Source: Camelus ferus (Eukaryota). Taken from it: DNA of 64,000 bases. The translations under genes and the position numbers were made by a program. How positions within the stretch are numbered: the first letter of the stretch is position 1; every line of letters begins with the position of its first letter. A model generated the notes under the pieces. It ran no database searches. It was given only the letters and a program-made list of their open reading frames with translations, and was not told where the DNA came from. The stretch lies in NCBI RefSeq assembly GCF_009834535.1, contig NC_045698.1, positions 3,102,001 through 3,166,000 on the forward strand. Reading direction: 5' to 3'. Positions 37,101 through 50,040 of the stretch are shown piece after piece.

Positions 37101-37792
37101 AACAGTGCTTGCTTTATTTGCCTTATTACTAGACCCGATGGCCATCGGATACCTTTAAACAGAATGGCTAAGTCGTGCTGAAACGTGACCCCAGCAGGCA
37201 AGAGCGGCATTCATTTTCAGGTTTCTCAAGCATCCTCTTGTGCCTGTGACACAATGGAGCTACATGTAAATAAATAATGGTGGCAGCAGCGCACGGGAGC
37301 GCTCACTTAACCTGCGAATCACAAGGTTATTTTTGTAGCTATGTCCTGTCTTCCCGAGTGGAGGGTGATTTATGGTTTTCAGCCAAGCGTCATCATCATT
37401 GTTCTCACCTTTGTTTCCATCATAGTTAATTAAAGGGAAGGTCATCGTCACCTTATGTTTTAAACCTTCTTAACATAATATATCACCCTGGGTACACTTT
37501 AATAAGGCATTTGTGAAGGAATGGTGTAATAGGAAAAAAGTTTACGGCATAATCCATCCTGTTCACAATTACACTTTAGCTATGGCACATAATGAAAGTT
37601 AATACGTAGACAAAATGAAGGGTCTGTCCTGGGATTCATTCAAGTGTTGATTAATTGGCTGGGTGATGTAATGGAACAGGAAGATACCTAGCTTTTTAAA
37701 CTGCAGGCATATGTGGCCAAAACAAACTCTGTTTAAAGGACAATCTCTCCTTCCTTCTTTCCTCGCAAATTGTCACCCCCTAAACAATACGA

Positions 37793-37915
37793 AATTAATT
37801 AAACAACTGTTTATGGAGTGCCTTCCACGTGCCAGGCACAAGATGAAACCCGGAACACAAAGGGTGAGGTAAGATGCCGTCCCCTTTCCCTGGGGGGATC
37901 ACAGACCAGTGTTAG
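37793..37915 (-). mobile_element. L2 3' fragment
   Basis: AACAACTGTTTATGGAGTGCCTTCCACGTGCCAGGCAC...GTAAGA...CCCT...TCACAGACCAGTG. Confidence 0.7.
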
Positions 37916-38079
37916 TGCAGATACAAAGGAAGGACAAATTATTTATTCTAAATGGTTACTCCTGGGGATTCCAGAATTAGTTAAGATTCATAAGAATGTC
38001 TGCAACAATATTAAGGATGCCAAGCATATCTGCCAAGAAAATGTTAAATCCTCTCTCCAAAGCCATTTATTTTATTTAA

Positions 38080-38255
38080 CAAACACTTATAAAGCACTTA
38101 TTAAAAGACAGGCATTGTTCTAAGCATTCTCCAAATATGAAGTCATTTAATGCCTACAATGCCTCTAATGAGGAAGGGACCGTTATTATTCCTATTTTAT
38201 AAACAGGGACACTGAGGCACAGAGCAACTAAGTCATCCACCTGAGGTTGTGTAGT
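38080..38255 (-). mobile_element. MIR
   Basis: CAGGCATTGTTCTAAGCA...TCATTTAAT...TATTATTCCTATTTTATAAACAGGGACACTGAGGCACAGAG. Confidence 0.85.
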
Positions 38256-38808
38256 TCTCCAGAATCTGAGCTCATATCCATGAGGCAATGCTGCCTCTAA
38301 AATAAAATTCGTTAGGAAGTGTCATAAATAATGACTTTTTACAAAATTTTCAGCTGAAAGGGGCAGTTTTGCATAAAGATCTTATAGAATTCTGTATTTC
38401 TAACAGTCTAACAATCCGTGGTCCTATTAAATACCACAACTCACCAAAACTAGAGAACCTATTGACCCATAAAAGTTAATTGCTGACACAGTGAAGATTT
38501 AGGAGATTATGAGACGAGATGGGAAGATGTGTCTTAAAGCATATTCTCCTATGTACTTGCAAACAGGTGGGGGAAATATCAAATCTAGAATGAGGAATAG
38601 CTGAAGTGAAACTTCACACATCAAGGAAAACGCCATGGAGATTGAGGTCGAAGGGGTTCCTGAATGAAGACTCACTGTCCGAGTCACCAGCAGGTCTGTC
38701 TTTGATCTGTGTTCCCCTAGGATAAAGGCTGGATGCAAGTCTGCATAATGAGAAAGTGAATGCAGCCTAAAATGAGTCCCAATGGCAATGGAGCATCAAG
38801 CATAAACA

Positions 38809-39378
38809 GTGTGGCGGACAGCCCTTAAGATGGACAGCAATGATCTCTGCTTCCTGGGGTGAGCCCCTGCCCTTGACTGTGGGCTGGGCTGAGGAACTCC
38901 CCTCCAGTTGACAGGATGCAGCAGAGGTGCTGGGTGTTAATTTGGAGTTAGGTTATGGAGACAGTGGCATCTGTCCTGGGTACCATCTCCCTCCCTTGTT
39001 CACTCTGATGAAGCCAGCTGCCATGTCCTGAGGTGCTCCAGAAAGGTTCTAAGACAAGGAAATGAGGGTGGTCTCTGGTCAAAAGTCAGCAAGGAACTGA
39101 GGCCTCAGTCCAGTAGCCTTCCAGGAACGAAATTCTGCCAGAGGGATAAAATGGGAGGCAGATCCTCCCCATTTGAGATTTCAGATGAGATCACAGCCCT
39201 TCTGGAAACTTTTCCAGCAACTTCACTAGAGACCCTGAGCCCCCAGATAAACTGAGAGCCCCAAGAGATGCTGCACCCACACCCCTGACCCACATAATCT
39301 CAGGGATTAGATAATGCATTGTTTCAAACCGATACGTTTCGCATGCATTTTGCTCTGGGGTGACAGGTAATATAGTAC
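38809..39378 (+). mobile_element. MaLR LTR (MLT1F-like)
   Basis: TGTGGCGGACAGCCCTTAAGATGG...GAAGCCAGCTGCCATGT...AGCAAGGAACTGAGGCCTCAGTCCA...TTCAGATGAGA...GAGACCCTGAGC...CCTGACCCACA. Confidence 0.85.
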
Positions 39379-41394
39379 CTGACTCCAGCACACACTGATT
39401 TGCCAAGAAATGCCAAGTGGGGGAGACATTAAAGAAGAGGTGAGAGGGAGCCCCTACCTTCAGAGGGTTTACAGTTTAATGGAGGATGACAGCTGAGTCC
39501 GTGACACAAACATTTCCTGAGAAAAGTCTGTCATGTCACTTTGTCAACATGGAACACAGGGGCCTCTGTGAATATGTGTGTAAAAGAATCAGCACAGGAA
39601 GCCCCAAGTGATGAGATGTGGGTGTCAGGTGTTCACCAGTGTATTTATGCTCCATTTGGTGTTGAAAGATCATGGAAGTTTTCTTAACTTTGTAGGTGGA
39701 GATAGGCCTGGAAGGTCTCCTGGAAACTGGGAGCTCTGTAGCCGTCTGCACTTCCGTGCATCTCCCCTTCGGATACTCTGCTGTATTAAAACAAGAAAGG
39801 ACAGTACGAGGCAGGCCTGCTCTTCTTCCAGTAAACACTAGTCTAGCGGCTCCACGCAGCAGGCACGGCGCTTCTGCTGGAGACACAGACACACACACAC
39901 GTGTGCGAATACAATACGTCTTTCATGTATTTCCTCCTACACATTAAAGGAAATACCTTAAAATTTAAGATACATCATATACAAGCTGCCTGGTTTGTTC
40001 ACCCGTTGCCTGTGCAGACGACCTAAAGATGGCCAAAGGGCTTCACACGTGGAACTGACCCTTCCTTCATAACCTGTGTCTCCAGCAGCTCCTCTTCACA
40101 GCAGTCATGACATGGGACAGGATCCTGGGTACAGACCAGTCTGTTTCTTAGGGAAACATTTATACTTCCCAATAATAGGAAGAATAACATTTTGAGGTCC
40201 CTTTGGAAACACCAGTCTAGTGGGACTCTCTTTCTCTCCTTGGTGTAGGGTGTGGGACAAACGCCCATGATAGCGATGCATGGATTCCTTCCAGCAAAGA
40301 CTACAAACTGGCCTCGCTGGACCTTGCACAGATTGCATCCTTGCTGGTAAACCCTTTCATGGCCGTGAGGAGGAGGAATAAAGACAGGGTTCTTGAGATG
40401 GTACCGCCTCCCTGGAGCTGGTACTGAGAGGTACCCTTCACTACTGACTGGCTGCCCGGCCTTGAGTGACAAGCTTCTTGAGTCTCAGATTCATTACCTA
40501 TAAACACATCTCACACTCACCTCATGACTACCTCAAAAAAAGGTAACTTTGGCAAGGCACAAGGCCAACCAACTGTCACAGGGTAGATGCTCAGTTTATA
40601 ATGATGATTATGACTTCTATTTCTTAAATTCTATAGTTGTTCTTTCCATCACTGTTTTATTACAGTGGCCATCCCTGAGTCTCGACACCAAAGTGAAAAC
40701 TCTATACTTGAGAGATGGGGTTATGAAAATGAAAGCACAGCTTTGAAAGCATTTTAGCAATAAACTTGTGAAAGCCAAGTGGCACACTTCAGCTTCGTTC
40801 ACCCGTGGAAAGACTGAGAAGACTTCCCAGGCAGAAGCCGCGTCCTTTCCCCCATCTGCTCCATCCTGGGTGCCGTGGCTGACGCAAGTCGGCCCTCAGT
40901 AGCTGTCAAAAGACTGGATTCTTCAATGCCTCTTGAAGGCTAGAAACTTCATCCCTTTTAATTACCTTTGGGAACGTTTCAAGGCGATGGAATTTCCCTG
41001 AATCCCTGGCTGGAAGGATGGCTCCCTCTTCCTTGGCTTACTTTGAGGAACAGAGGCAGTATCTTAGATGGGCTAAGTTTGAACTTGACTCCACTGGTTT
41101 TATTTTTCAGGAACAACTGGTCTTGCTCAATAAATATGACCCAGGGATGAGCACGACGTCCTGAGGCCCCAGGCCTTGAGGCGTCTGCTCTGTAACAGCA
41201 TGGACGTGCATACTCGCGTCATGACTGGAACTCAGGCTCTTCTAGCAAGTCAAGGAGAGAAGCTGAGCCTCGGCCCCAGGAGGTGGGGCAGGGCTGCAGG
41301 CCTCCGAGGGGCGTCCCTGCGGGTGGGGAAGTCCTCTCCCCGACCACTGAGCTCCCTGCCCGTGTGTCCTCCAGCTCATTAGGACCGATGAGTC

Positions 41395-41560
41395 CATGTC
41401 TGGCAGGGCTTCCTCATGGACAGTTTCTATTAATTTGTTTCTCTTATGACTGGGTCATACTTTCCGTGTCTTTGCATGCCTCATAGTTTTTCTGTTGAAA
41501 AGTGGATGCTTTTCATATTATAATACAGCAATTCCTGAAGTCACATGCCCCTGCCCCCGC
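41395..41560 (-). mobile_element. Ancient L1 5'-region fragment
   Basis: GTTTCTATT...GGGTCATACTTTCCGTGTCTTTGCATGCCTCATAGTTTTT...TGAAAAGTGGA. Confidence 0.6.
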
Positions 41561-44109
41561 CAGTGTCCGCTGTCGCTGCCGCTTGTGGGGTGTTGCTTTT
41601 GCCTGCTTGGTGGCTGCTCCAGGTTGGAGCCTCAGTTTTCATGTCTGTGAAATAAAGTCAAGTCTGATTAAATTTTGTCCTTTTCTAAATGGCAATCATC
41701 CGTCTCACAACAGAAGCAATAACCAACTCTTCCTTCCCCGACTCTGAGGAAGACTAAATAACGTCTCCTTTGCAGCCACATTGCCCCTTCCGGGGGAAGC
41801 CTTCTCACTGAGAGCCTAGTAGCCAGTGTGGACTCCCACAGGCGTGGTGTGCCGAGGACGCCAAGCTCTGTTATTGCCCCTTGTCAAATCGGGCCTGACG
41901 ACACAGGGGGATACAGAGATTATTCTGTGTTGGGCAAAGAGCAATGAACTAAATAGCGAACTTCTGTTCAATAAACTTGCAGCTAATCACATAGACGCCC
42001 TCCGTCTGTGGTCCCTTCCCTCCCCAGCTGACTCGCCGTTTCCTGGGCCCCTGAGACAGAGCCGCTTGCTAATCAGCCCCTCAGGGATGCCCCCCAACTC
42101 GACTCTGGGGGTGCCGCAGGAACCTCGAGGGAGGAAGGGCTCCCCGGTGGTTGTGAAGTGCCCCCTGTCCGTTTTCCCACGCCGTGAGGGAGGCGTGGTT
42201 TGGCGAGCTGCTCTTAGGATCCATGTAAAGAGGTCCGGTGCATCTCTCCGCATCTCCAAGGGGAAGGAAAACCTGCATGAGGCAGCCACTACCTGAGTCA
42301 GCCCAGCAGGACGAAAGCGGTGTTTTAAATGCAGTTTAGACGACCCTGGCTCCTTTCTGCCTGGCAGAGAGTAAACAATTCTGCAGGAAGAAGCTTCTCT
42401 GAGAGTCATGCCTAGTGGCCACATCCATATCTGCCTGTCTCACTCCTCCAGCTACTCTCATACGACATCCCTGAGCTTCTTAACTGGCTGCTAGAAGCCC
42501 CATCTTTCTGGACACAGAGTAGAAATCTAACGGGTCTGTTACCCCAACTCCGTGGCGCAAGAAACTCACGGATGATTTGATAATAATCCAAACCTCAACC
42601 TCTCACATAATATTTTAAGTATAGGCAATGCAATTTTCAGATAACTTAGTAATTTTTTTTCAGATATTGTAGTGAAAATTATTTGATTAAAATGTATGTT
42701 TCAGGATTGCTAAACTGCTTTAAGCAGTGACTTACAGAACACCCGCCCCCCCCTTTTTTTTTTTTAAGTTTTAGCTCATTCTAATCAGCCAAACTTTTCT
42801 CCAGCTTTGATCTCTGTCTTAAAATCTCAGCTGGGACCTGCTTTGTCATGTTCACACTAACGACACGACGACAGTGTGATCGATTTACCAGGACGAGTCT
42901 ATTTGATGTTCTGTGAGAATGCTGCCCAGCAGACCAGACGGCACTATTTTCTGTGGATTTCAGCAGGCCTGGGCACTAAGGGTTCGGCTTCTCGAACGTG
43001 CTTCACGCAGCCGGGCACACCTGAGAGGATGCACACACACGCAGGTGTGCATGCGTCTCCAGCTCCGAGCCCTTCCACGGTCTCCAGTGACCACGATTAG
43101 TCCCTGCAGTTTTGCGCTTCTTTGAAGTAAAGTATAGTTTGCTTCCTGACAGAATGACCGATTTCCTAAGATAATAGTTCATGATGAGTTCAAGGGGTTC
43201 TATCCAGCCTAAGGGTTTCATGGTCTCTCCTGGGTTTAGTGAATATTTCCCATTTGGCATCACATTTCCCACTTGATGACATAGGATGTACCTCCCTGGG
43301 CACATATTTGCTTATCTTGACTTTGGGTGTCTGTATTTTTACAAGCCAAATAGTAACAGGGAAAGGCCAGGAATGGGTGTGGTCATACAGAGGCTGAGCT
43401 CTCTGACACACGCAGGGCTGTGTTGAGGGGTCCGTAGCTGGGATATGCCACTGAGGACATGAAGATGGAGACCTGCTGTCTGAGGAGGGACAAGCCCCCC
43501 ACGTGGTGCTGGCCCGCAGCTCCCTCTGTATCCAAGCTCCCACCTAGAGGATGTGAAAACCGTAGGGTCGCTTTGGTGGAAGGTACAGTTTCGATACATT
43601 CGCACAGAGAAACTAAAAGCACAAGACTTCTTATTGCTTACAGATACCCAAATGGGGTGATCTGTACATTGGGGTAGAGGTCACCAGCAATTCTAAGTGG
43701 TTATTTTAAAAAGTGCTCTGGGAAAAGCAAAGTGGGAATTTGTGGCAGGAATCCTAAGTTCAAGCCCTTATCTAAATGTTCAGCCTTGGTGTGAGCAGAG
43801 TTGCCACACTGTCAGATGCCCAGGTGGCAACTCAGAATAGCTGTTTTCTCATCACAAGGGTGGGGTCAACCATGAAGCCACACCAATGTGCGATCTGATG
43901 GCGGGCAACCTCAGGAACTACAGGAGGGTCACTGAAAGGCATGGAACTTAGAAGAGAGTAGAGATCAGCAAGAAAGAGCATCTTTGGTTCCTCTGGGGTA
44001 GGGGGTGATGCACCACACACTGTCACCCCAGGAGAAGCCCCCTGAAAACACTGACAGAATGCTCAGATGGTCACTGACTCTCCTAAAGCCAAAGCAGCAT
44101 GAGAACCCA

Positions 44110-44490
44110 GAACTAACTTCATCTTGACTGGGCCACAGGCACCCAGCTCTTTGGTTAAGCAAGGCTCTCAGTAAGTCTGTGAGGGTGTTCCTGGAGGTGA
44201 TTCATATTTGAATTGGTGGACTGAGAGAGGGGTTGACCTCCCCAGAGTGGGCAGGTGTGATCTTAGCCATTGAGGGCCTCAAAAGAATTAAAGACTGAGT
44301 AAGAAAGAATTCTCTCTCTGCCTGGCTGTCTTCGAGCTGCGTTACTGATCTCCTCCTGCCTTCAGACTTGCACTTGGGCTGGAACTATATCACCGGTGGT
44401 CCTGTGTCTTGACTCCTCAGACTCCAGAATGTTATGATCCAACTCCAGGTGTATATATGCTATCGGTTCTGTTTTCCAGGAGACAAAATA
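44110..44490 (+). mobile_element. ERVL LTR (MLT2-like)
   Basis: CTTGACTGGGCCAC...TCTGTGAGGGTGTTCCTGGAGG...ATTTGAATTGGTGGACTGAG...TTGAGGGCCT...TCTCCTCCTGCCTTCAGACTTG...ATCGGTTCTGTTTT. Confidence 0.85.
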
Positions 44491-44881
44491 CCCTGTTTAA
44501 AGTTAAACATTAACTAAATTCGTGTTATATGTGTTGGGGGAGAAAATTCAGTGACCCACTCCCATTCAGTGTGTCCAGCTGCTGAATGGTTAGGGGATGT
44601 AGACACTGGTTCTGGGGCAGAGACTCTCCCTGCCCTGCGCTCAGGCTCCTACTGGGGAGGGGTCTGACTGACACGGGTGGTGCGGATGGAAGGTGGGCGT
44701 TGCTGGATCTGCTCAATTTCATGCTTAGCCTGTGTTCATTCATGCGTCAACATTAAAAATAAAACCTGCAGGGAAACAACGAAAAAAGTGATTGTCTGAG
44801 CTGCATCTTCACCTGCTAGCTTTGAAATCTGTCTGCATATCGATATCTGACCATTATGCTCATTCCCTTCTTGTTTGTCAA

Positions 44882-45142
44882 CACTTCCTTTATCTCAGCA
44901 CTTCCTGTGTCTTTCAGCTTCCTGTGTCTCACTACTTCCTGTGTCTCACCACTTCCTGGGTCTTAGCACTTTCTGTATCTCTCAGCTTTCCGCATCTCCA
45001 CTTCCTGGGTCTTTCCACTTTCTGTGTATCTCAGTTTTCTGTGTCTCCACTTCCTGCATCTCCACTTCTTATGTCTCTCAGTTTCCTGTGTCTCCGCTTC
45101 CTGCATCTCAGCACTTCCTGGGTCTCCACTTCCTGTGTCTCA
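44882..45142 (+). repeat. Minisatellite, ~16 units of 15-18 bp, consensus CACTTCCTGTGTCTC
   Basis: Head-to-tail degenerate units without unique spacers; seven contain an exact ACTTCCTG. Confidence 0.9.
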
Positions 45143-47089
45143 CAAGTACTGATGGGAAGGCCCTGGGTCCCAGCCACGTGTCCTCTTGAGCTTCATCCCC
45201 ACACCCCCTTCAGCAGTCACCTGTCCCATCAGCAGACACCCAGGCAGACTCCAGTCCCTCCACCCACATGGCTTCCACTCCACCCATCTCTCGTGCTGAC
45301 CAACAATTTCAGGATGATGTCCTCGACCTCTTGTGGTCAGAACCCTCACGCAGGGAGTGCTTTGAGGTTTTCTAAGTCATTGAGAAAGACTAACTTCAGA
45401 TCTCCCATAGATGCAATAAACCTTCCTCAGAGAAACACATTCTACCAGTGAAAAGAGAAAAAAAAAAATCATAAGGTGCTTACCCAATCCATTTTTAAAT
45501 GTGGAATCAATACAACCTACTAACATTGTTTCTAGGTTACCTTTAAAATGGTGCTGAGGGAAGGGTCTGTGTACATTAATGCATGCAAATAATTCAGGAT
45601 TTAACAACAGCATGGAGATTTTCTCAAAGGAAGAAACATATACACACGCTTTCTCACAGGCTCTCCAATTTATCATTGTATTCTCTTAAACTCTGGGGTG
45701 TTGCGTTTTAGGGTCCTATTAAATAAATCAAAAGAGCATATTATCTGAAATTAGGAACCAGACAGGACAGCAGCTAAAATTAATTCACCGTAGTAATCTC
45801 CTCCTAAGAAACCCCCCTGAGGGAAAACATTATATGCCCATTTCCATGGGCAGAGATTTAAGTACATCTCTCCTATTAGCTTTACATGCCTAAATCCCTA
45901 TGCATTAAAATAAAAATGCATTCATCCTCTCAGAAGGGAAGACTGGAAATCTGCACTGCCCTCTAAATGAGTCCAATTAAATTTAATAAAGTTCCACATT
46001 ACAGTTTAGAATCAGATTCAACATTTGAGAGAGAAAACAGATCTAAAGACAGATGCGTGCACGTACATCTCCAAAGAGTTCAACCCTTCCCTCGCCCGTG
46101 AAAAGAGAACCCTAGCTGGGTGCTGTCGACACAGATACATGCGTGTGAAAATCCAATCATCCTAACCCCTTCATCTTGAAGCTACACGTGCCAAAATAAT
46201 AACTGTGTGCACCAGAAGTGTTGTTCAACACCGGTACCCAAGTTCCATTTCATTTCACCTCCAGTGGGCTTGGGGTGGGGGCCACTCCGCGTGGTCGGGT
46301 TAGTTGAAGATAATATGATACGGGGCTAGAAGCCCTCCTTGGATTTCAAACAGGTCAACTTGTCAAGGCTTTATGTGGGAGCCAATTACATTAATTTTCC
46401 ACAGCCGCCAAATACATATTTCATTTCCATCTCCCACAAGAGATGGGGTCCAGGGATCCTGTTTCGAAAGGCTCTTATCACTAAGTAACATTCATACCCC
46501 CAAAGGAACCCTTGGCAGCCGGTGGCCCATTGATGTGATTGAGCGCGGCCCAGGCTGCCGGTTGCTGCCCAAGAGCCGCTCACAGCCACACACGCTCGGG
46601 GACAATGGGCCTCCACGTCGGCCACATTGTCAATAAATTTCAATTACGCTAATTGCGAAGAGTTCAATGAGTGCACTTTGAAAGGGGGAGAAAGGAATAT
46701 AAAAAAGGGAGCGTATGCCTCGTAGGGCTAAAGAAAGGGAAGTAATAAATAGCCTGTGTTTTCTAATGGGGGCATTCAAGTATTTTTCAACACGGCTTAA
46801 CCGGATTTTACAAGCTGTTCCAGCTTCGGGGGTCCTGTCTTACATTTCTTTGTTACTGTCTCCAAAAAACATATACAGAAACTCAATTATGTGGTGGTAT
46901 ATTTCAAGGGAGATTTAATTTCTAAGTAGCTTTTTTTTTTTTTCAAACACATCAATCTGCTTTGCTTGGATGGATAATGTGCTGAGTGAATTTGGGGAGG
47001 CCGTTTCTATGAACAAATGGGACTTGAAAAACTAAGGCGTAGGACGGTGAACGATTCAGGGTGGAGGGCCCAGTTCCATACCCTCCGAG

Positions 47090-48200
47090 AACGTGAGACC
47101 CTGCAAAAGGAAGCCCGGAGCCCCGCGGGCGGACGCAGCTGGGGGCTGCGACTTACCTCTTCCTGACCAGTTTTCTATGACTGGATGAATCATCCTCATG
47201 CTCACTCATGTTGGGCTTCCCAGAGAAAGGACCGAGCAAAATGCAGGGGCGTTTTCATGACATTTAAGAAGCGAGGTTGCTCCCCAAAGCCTGCTCAGTA
47301 CCAGGGCAGCAGCTGGTACCGCCGCTCCAGCTCCTCAGCGCGGAAGGGGCCTTCCCCCCGCACCAGCTGGCCCCGCGCCGAGCGGGTTCCCGTGGCCGGT
47401 CCGCCTGCCGGAGCTTCGCTGCCCAGGGCACCGTGGCGCCCAGGAGGCTAACCAGACAACACAGCCGCTGGCCTCCCCCGTGAGCGAGTTCAGCGCTGCT
47501 CGGGGCTTGCTTCTCCCGGCGGCGCTGGCATCGCAGCTTTCGCAGCAGGAGGAGCTGGGCCCGGAGTCGGCCGGCCTGCGCCGCAGCCAGCGGCCCGCGC
47601 GGGCTGTTTCTCCATTTGCGAAGTGGAGATACTGGCCAGCTCTTCTCTCAGCGGACACTGGGCACCAGGAGCTGCGCTAAGCCCTTCACACGTGTTAACT
47701 CGTTTCATCCTCACGTTGACTCCTCGGGGTCGTCTTTGCTCATCTTCCGACACAAAACCTGGACCGCAGAGAAGTGGGGTGTTAGTAAATTATGCCTCGG
47801 TAATGCTTCTAAGTCATTGTGTTGCCTCCTCTAAGGTTATTTTCGTTTTAAACAGTATCTCTGCCTATTGAAGGAAAGGCTTTGTGCTCTGTAGAGGGGC
47901 TTTAAGCATCAAGGAGCAGCTGGGGAAATTGCAATAGCTTGATCTTTGGAAACATGTGCTAATTACACCCTGGGAGGATTAACAAAAACGAGTGAGGCTC
48001 ATGACAGCGCTTCTGAACACATCCGAAGGGGGCGGGCCGTCCTCGGCGGGGCCTGTGTCCTGGCGAGCGAAACAGGAGGTAGAGCGGTGCGCAACTCGGT
48101 GAGCGGCCCGCCCGCGCGCTGTCCCCCCAGGATGAGTACGCGGCCGCTTTCACGACGGCCCGCCGACTCGCCAGGCTCCGATTGCCTTTAGTTAGTGTGT
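47090..48200. promoter_or_regulatory. CpG island (two lobes, ~47090-47680 and ~48000-48200); candidate promoter/enhancer
   Basis: Very high GC with dense CpG (CCCCGCGCCGAGCGGG, GGCCCGCGCGGG, GAGCGGCCCGCCCGCGCGC) and a GC box GGGGCGGG near 48029; no repeat origin evident. Confidence 0.75.
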
Positions 48201-49799
48201 GTTTGGTCCAGAGCCCATCCTCCCCATCATGCCAGACCCTTTACGGAGAAAGGTTCGCCACTGAGGTTAAACGATTAAAAATAGAAAAAGGAAACAGAAT
48301 GGAATGGGGAAAATGAGAAAGGGACGTTTAGGACCACTGGGCTCTTTGTTACCCAGTGTACGGAGCAAAGCTCAGGGGACCCTGGTGTGTGTGTGTGCGT
48401 GTGTGAGCGTGCTCACGCACATGCAGGCAGGCACATACAAATAACAGAGATCCAGAATGCTCTCCTCTTGTACAGGCTTGTAAAAAATGTATACAAATAC
48501 AATTTGGAAAAAAAAAAAAAAGGCAATTTGAAAAGCATGTTCAAATGAGAGGCACCACATCCCTCAAAAGTTTGCTTCCCTTAAACCCACGAGGTGATGT
48601 TTTTGGCCCCAAACTGCAGTTCTCTTTTGGGGAGGGGTCTGGTCGCTCAGAATGCTATAGCTGCTGCTTTCATGAGCCGCCTCAGAGGGCCAGACTTCTA
48701 GGGGTCTCTTGCTGGCTGCCTAGAGACGGAATCTTAGGCACTGGGTGAATAAAGCCTCTTGTCATTTATTTATAGATTGAAGATTAGCTCAAACACGTCT
48801 CTCCAAATGGTCCATCTTCAGAAAGAGCACACACAAGTCCTTCTGACGGAATAGGAAGAAAATAATTAATGTTTACAACTTAGCAATGGATAAACGGAAA
48901 TAGAGATCGCTTAACAGAAGTCTAGGTTTAAGTGCAAACTTCCAGGCGACTTGGAGTCATCTTTCAGGAGGCGATTAATAAGCTACGAGAGGAAAGAGCT
49001 TTTGTACCTGGGGCACAGCAGCGGGCAGTTAGCTGCAGCGCAGAAGGACGCGTGTGCTGTCACCTGCAAGATCTGCCTGACACAACCTAGGGACTAAGTG
49101 GGAGCCACCCTGCGGGGCGCAGGGCAAGTTAATCCGACCGGCTAATCTAAACAATGAAAACATGAACTAACATTAAGAAAAAATAGAAGTGTTGGGGTGG
49201 GGAATTAAGGCAAAGCAGTAAAAGGTGAACATTCCAATTTGAAATGTAGCATTTTTACGTCTAAGGAGGTTAAACATTGTTTTGTCGTTGACGTTGAGGA
49301 AAGTCATTTATTTCTCAAGCTGCATTTTCTTCAGTATTTTTCTCCCCAGCATAGGGCTTGCTTCTTTGTTTAATGTAGCATACGTTGGAGTCTTCAGCTA
49401 TCAAGTAACGTGGCATTCTGATCAATACCCTGGAGAAACCCATGAGGTAGAATGAAGAAGTATCACTGCAGCCCCTGAAAAGTGGGCAATATTAATTTCA
49501 CTCAAAAGGCCCCACACTTTACTCAGGAAGAAGAATGAACCCTCGGGGAGCGCTTTCCCACAGGCGTTAAGCAGCGGCAGCTAAGAGCATTGCTGCCTTG
49601 GCCTTCGGGAAGGTTAAACGCTGGCGTGAGACCTGTTATTTCAAGACAAAGAGCAAGTGTAAATTATCATTTCCCAATCTTGACCTTGTCTCATTTTAGA
49701 GAAAGCCATCTCTCTCCTCCTCCCCGAGGTTCCAAAGGTAATTTCATTATTATTTTAGTGTAACAAAGTTGGCAGTAATGATGACAGGAGCCAGGTGAT

Positions 49800-50040
49800 G
49801 CTTACTGAGCTATTCCTGTGTGCCTGCTTGGGTTAAATATTTTTGCATCAATGATCACATTCAATGGTCTAAAATATCCCCCAGGGGAGATACGACTGAT
49901 TCTATTTACAGAGAGAAAGTGGAAACTCAGAGAAGAGGAGTTACTTCCTCATAAGAACACGACTAGTAAATGGTGAAGCCGTATCTTGAACCCAGCCCAC
50001 TGATCCGCCCAAACCTGCGATGTTACCCACTCACCACTGA
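49800..50040 (-). mobile_element. MIR
   Basis: TTACTGAGC...TGTGTGCC...ATTTACAGAGAGAAAGTGGAAACTCAGAGAAG...CTAGTAAATGGTGAAGCCG...TTGAACCCAG. Confidence 0.75.

Noticed and set aside
44882..45142. CRISPR-like array
   Set aside because: Units abut with no unique spacers, the repeats are degenerate, there are no cas genes, and the context is mammalian; it is a minisatellite.
44792..45451. 219-aa ORF
   Set aside because: Open mainly because it crosses the pyrimidine-rich minisatellite; low-complexity S/L/C/F translation and a non-ATG start.
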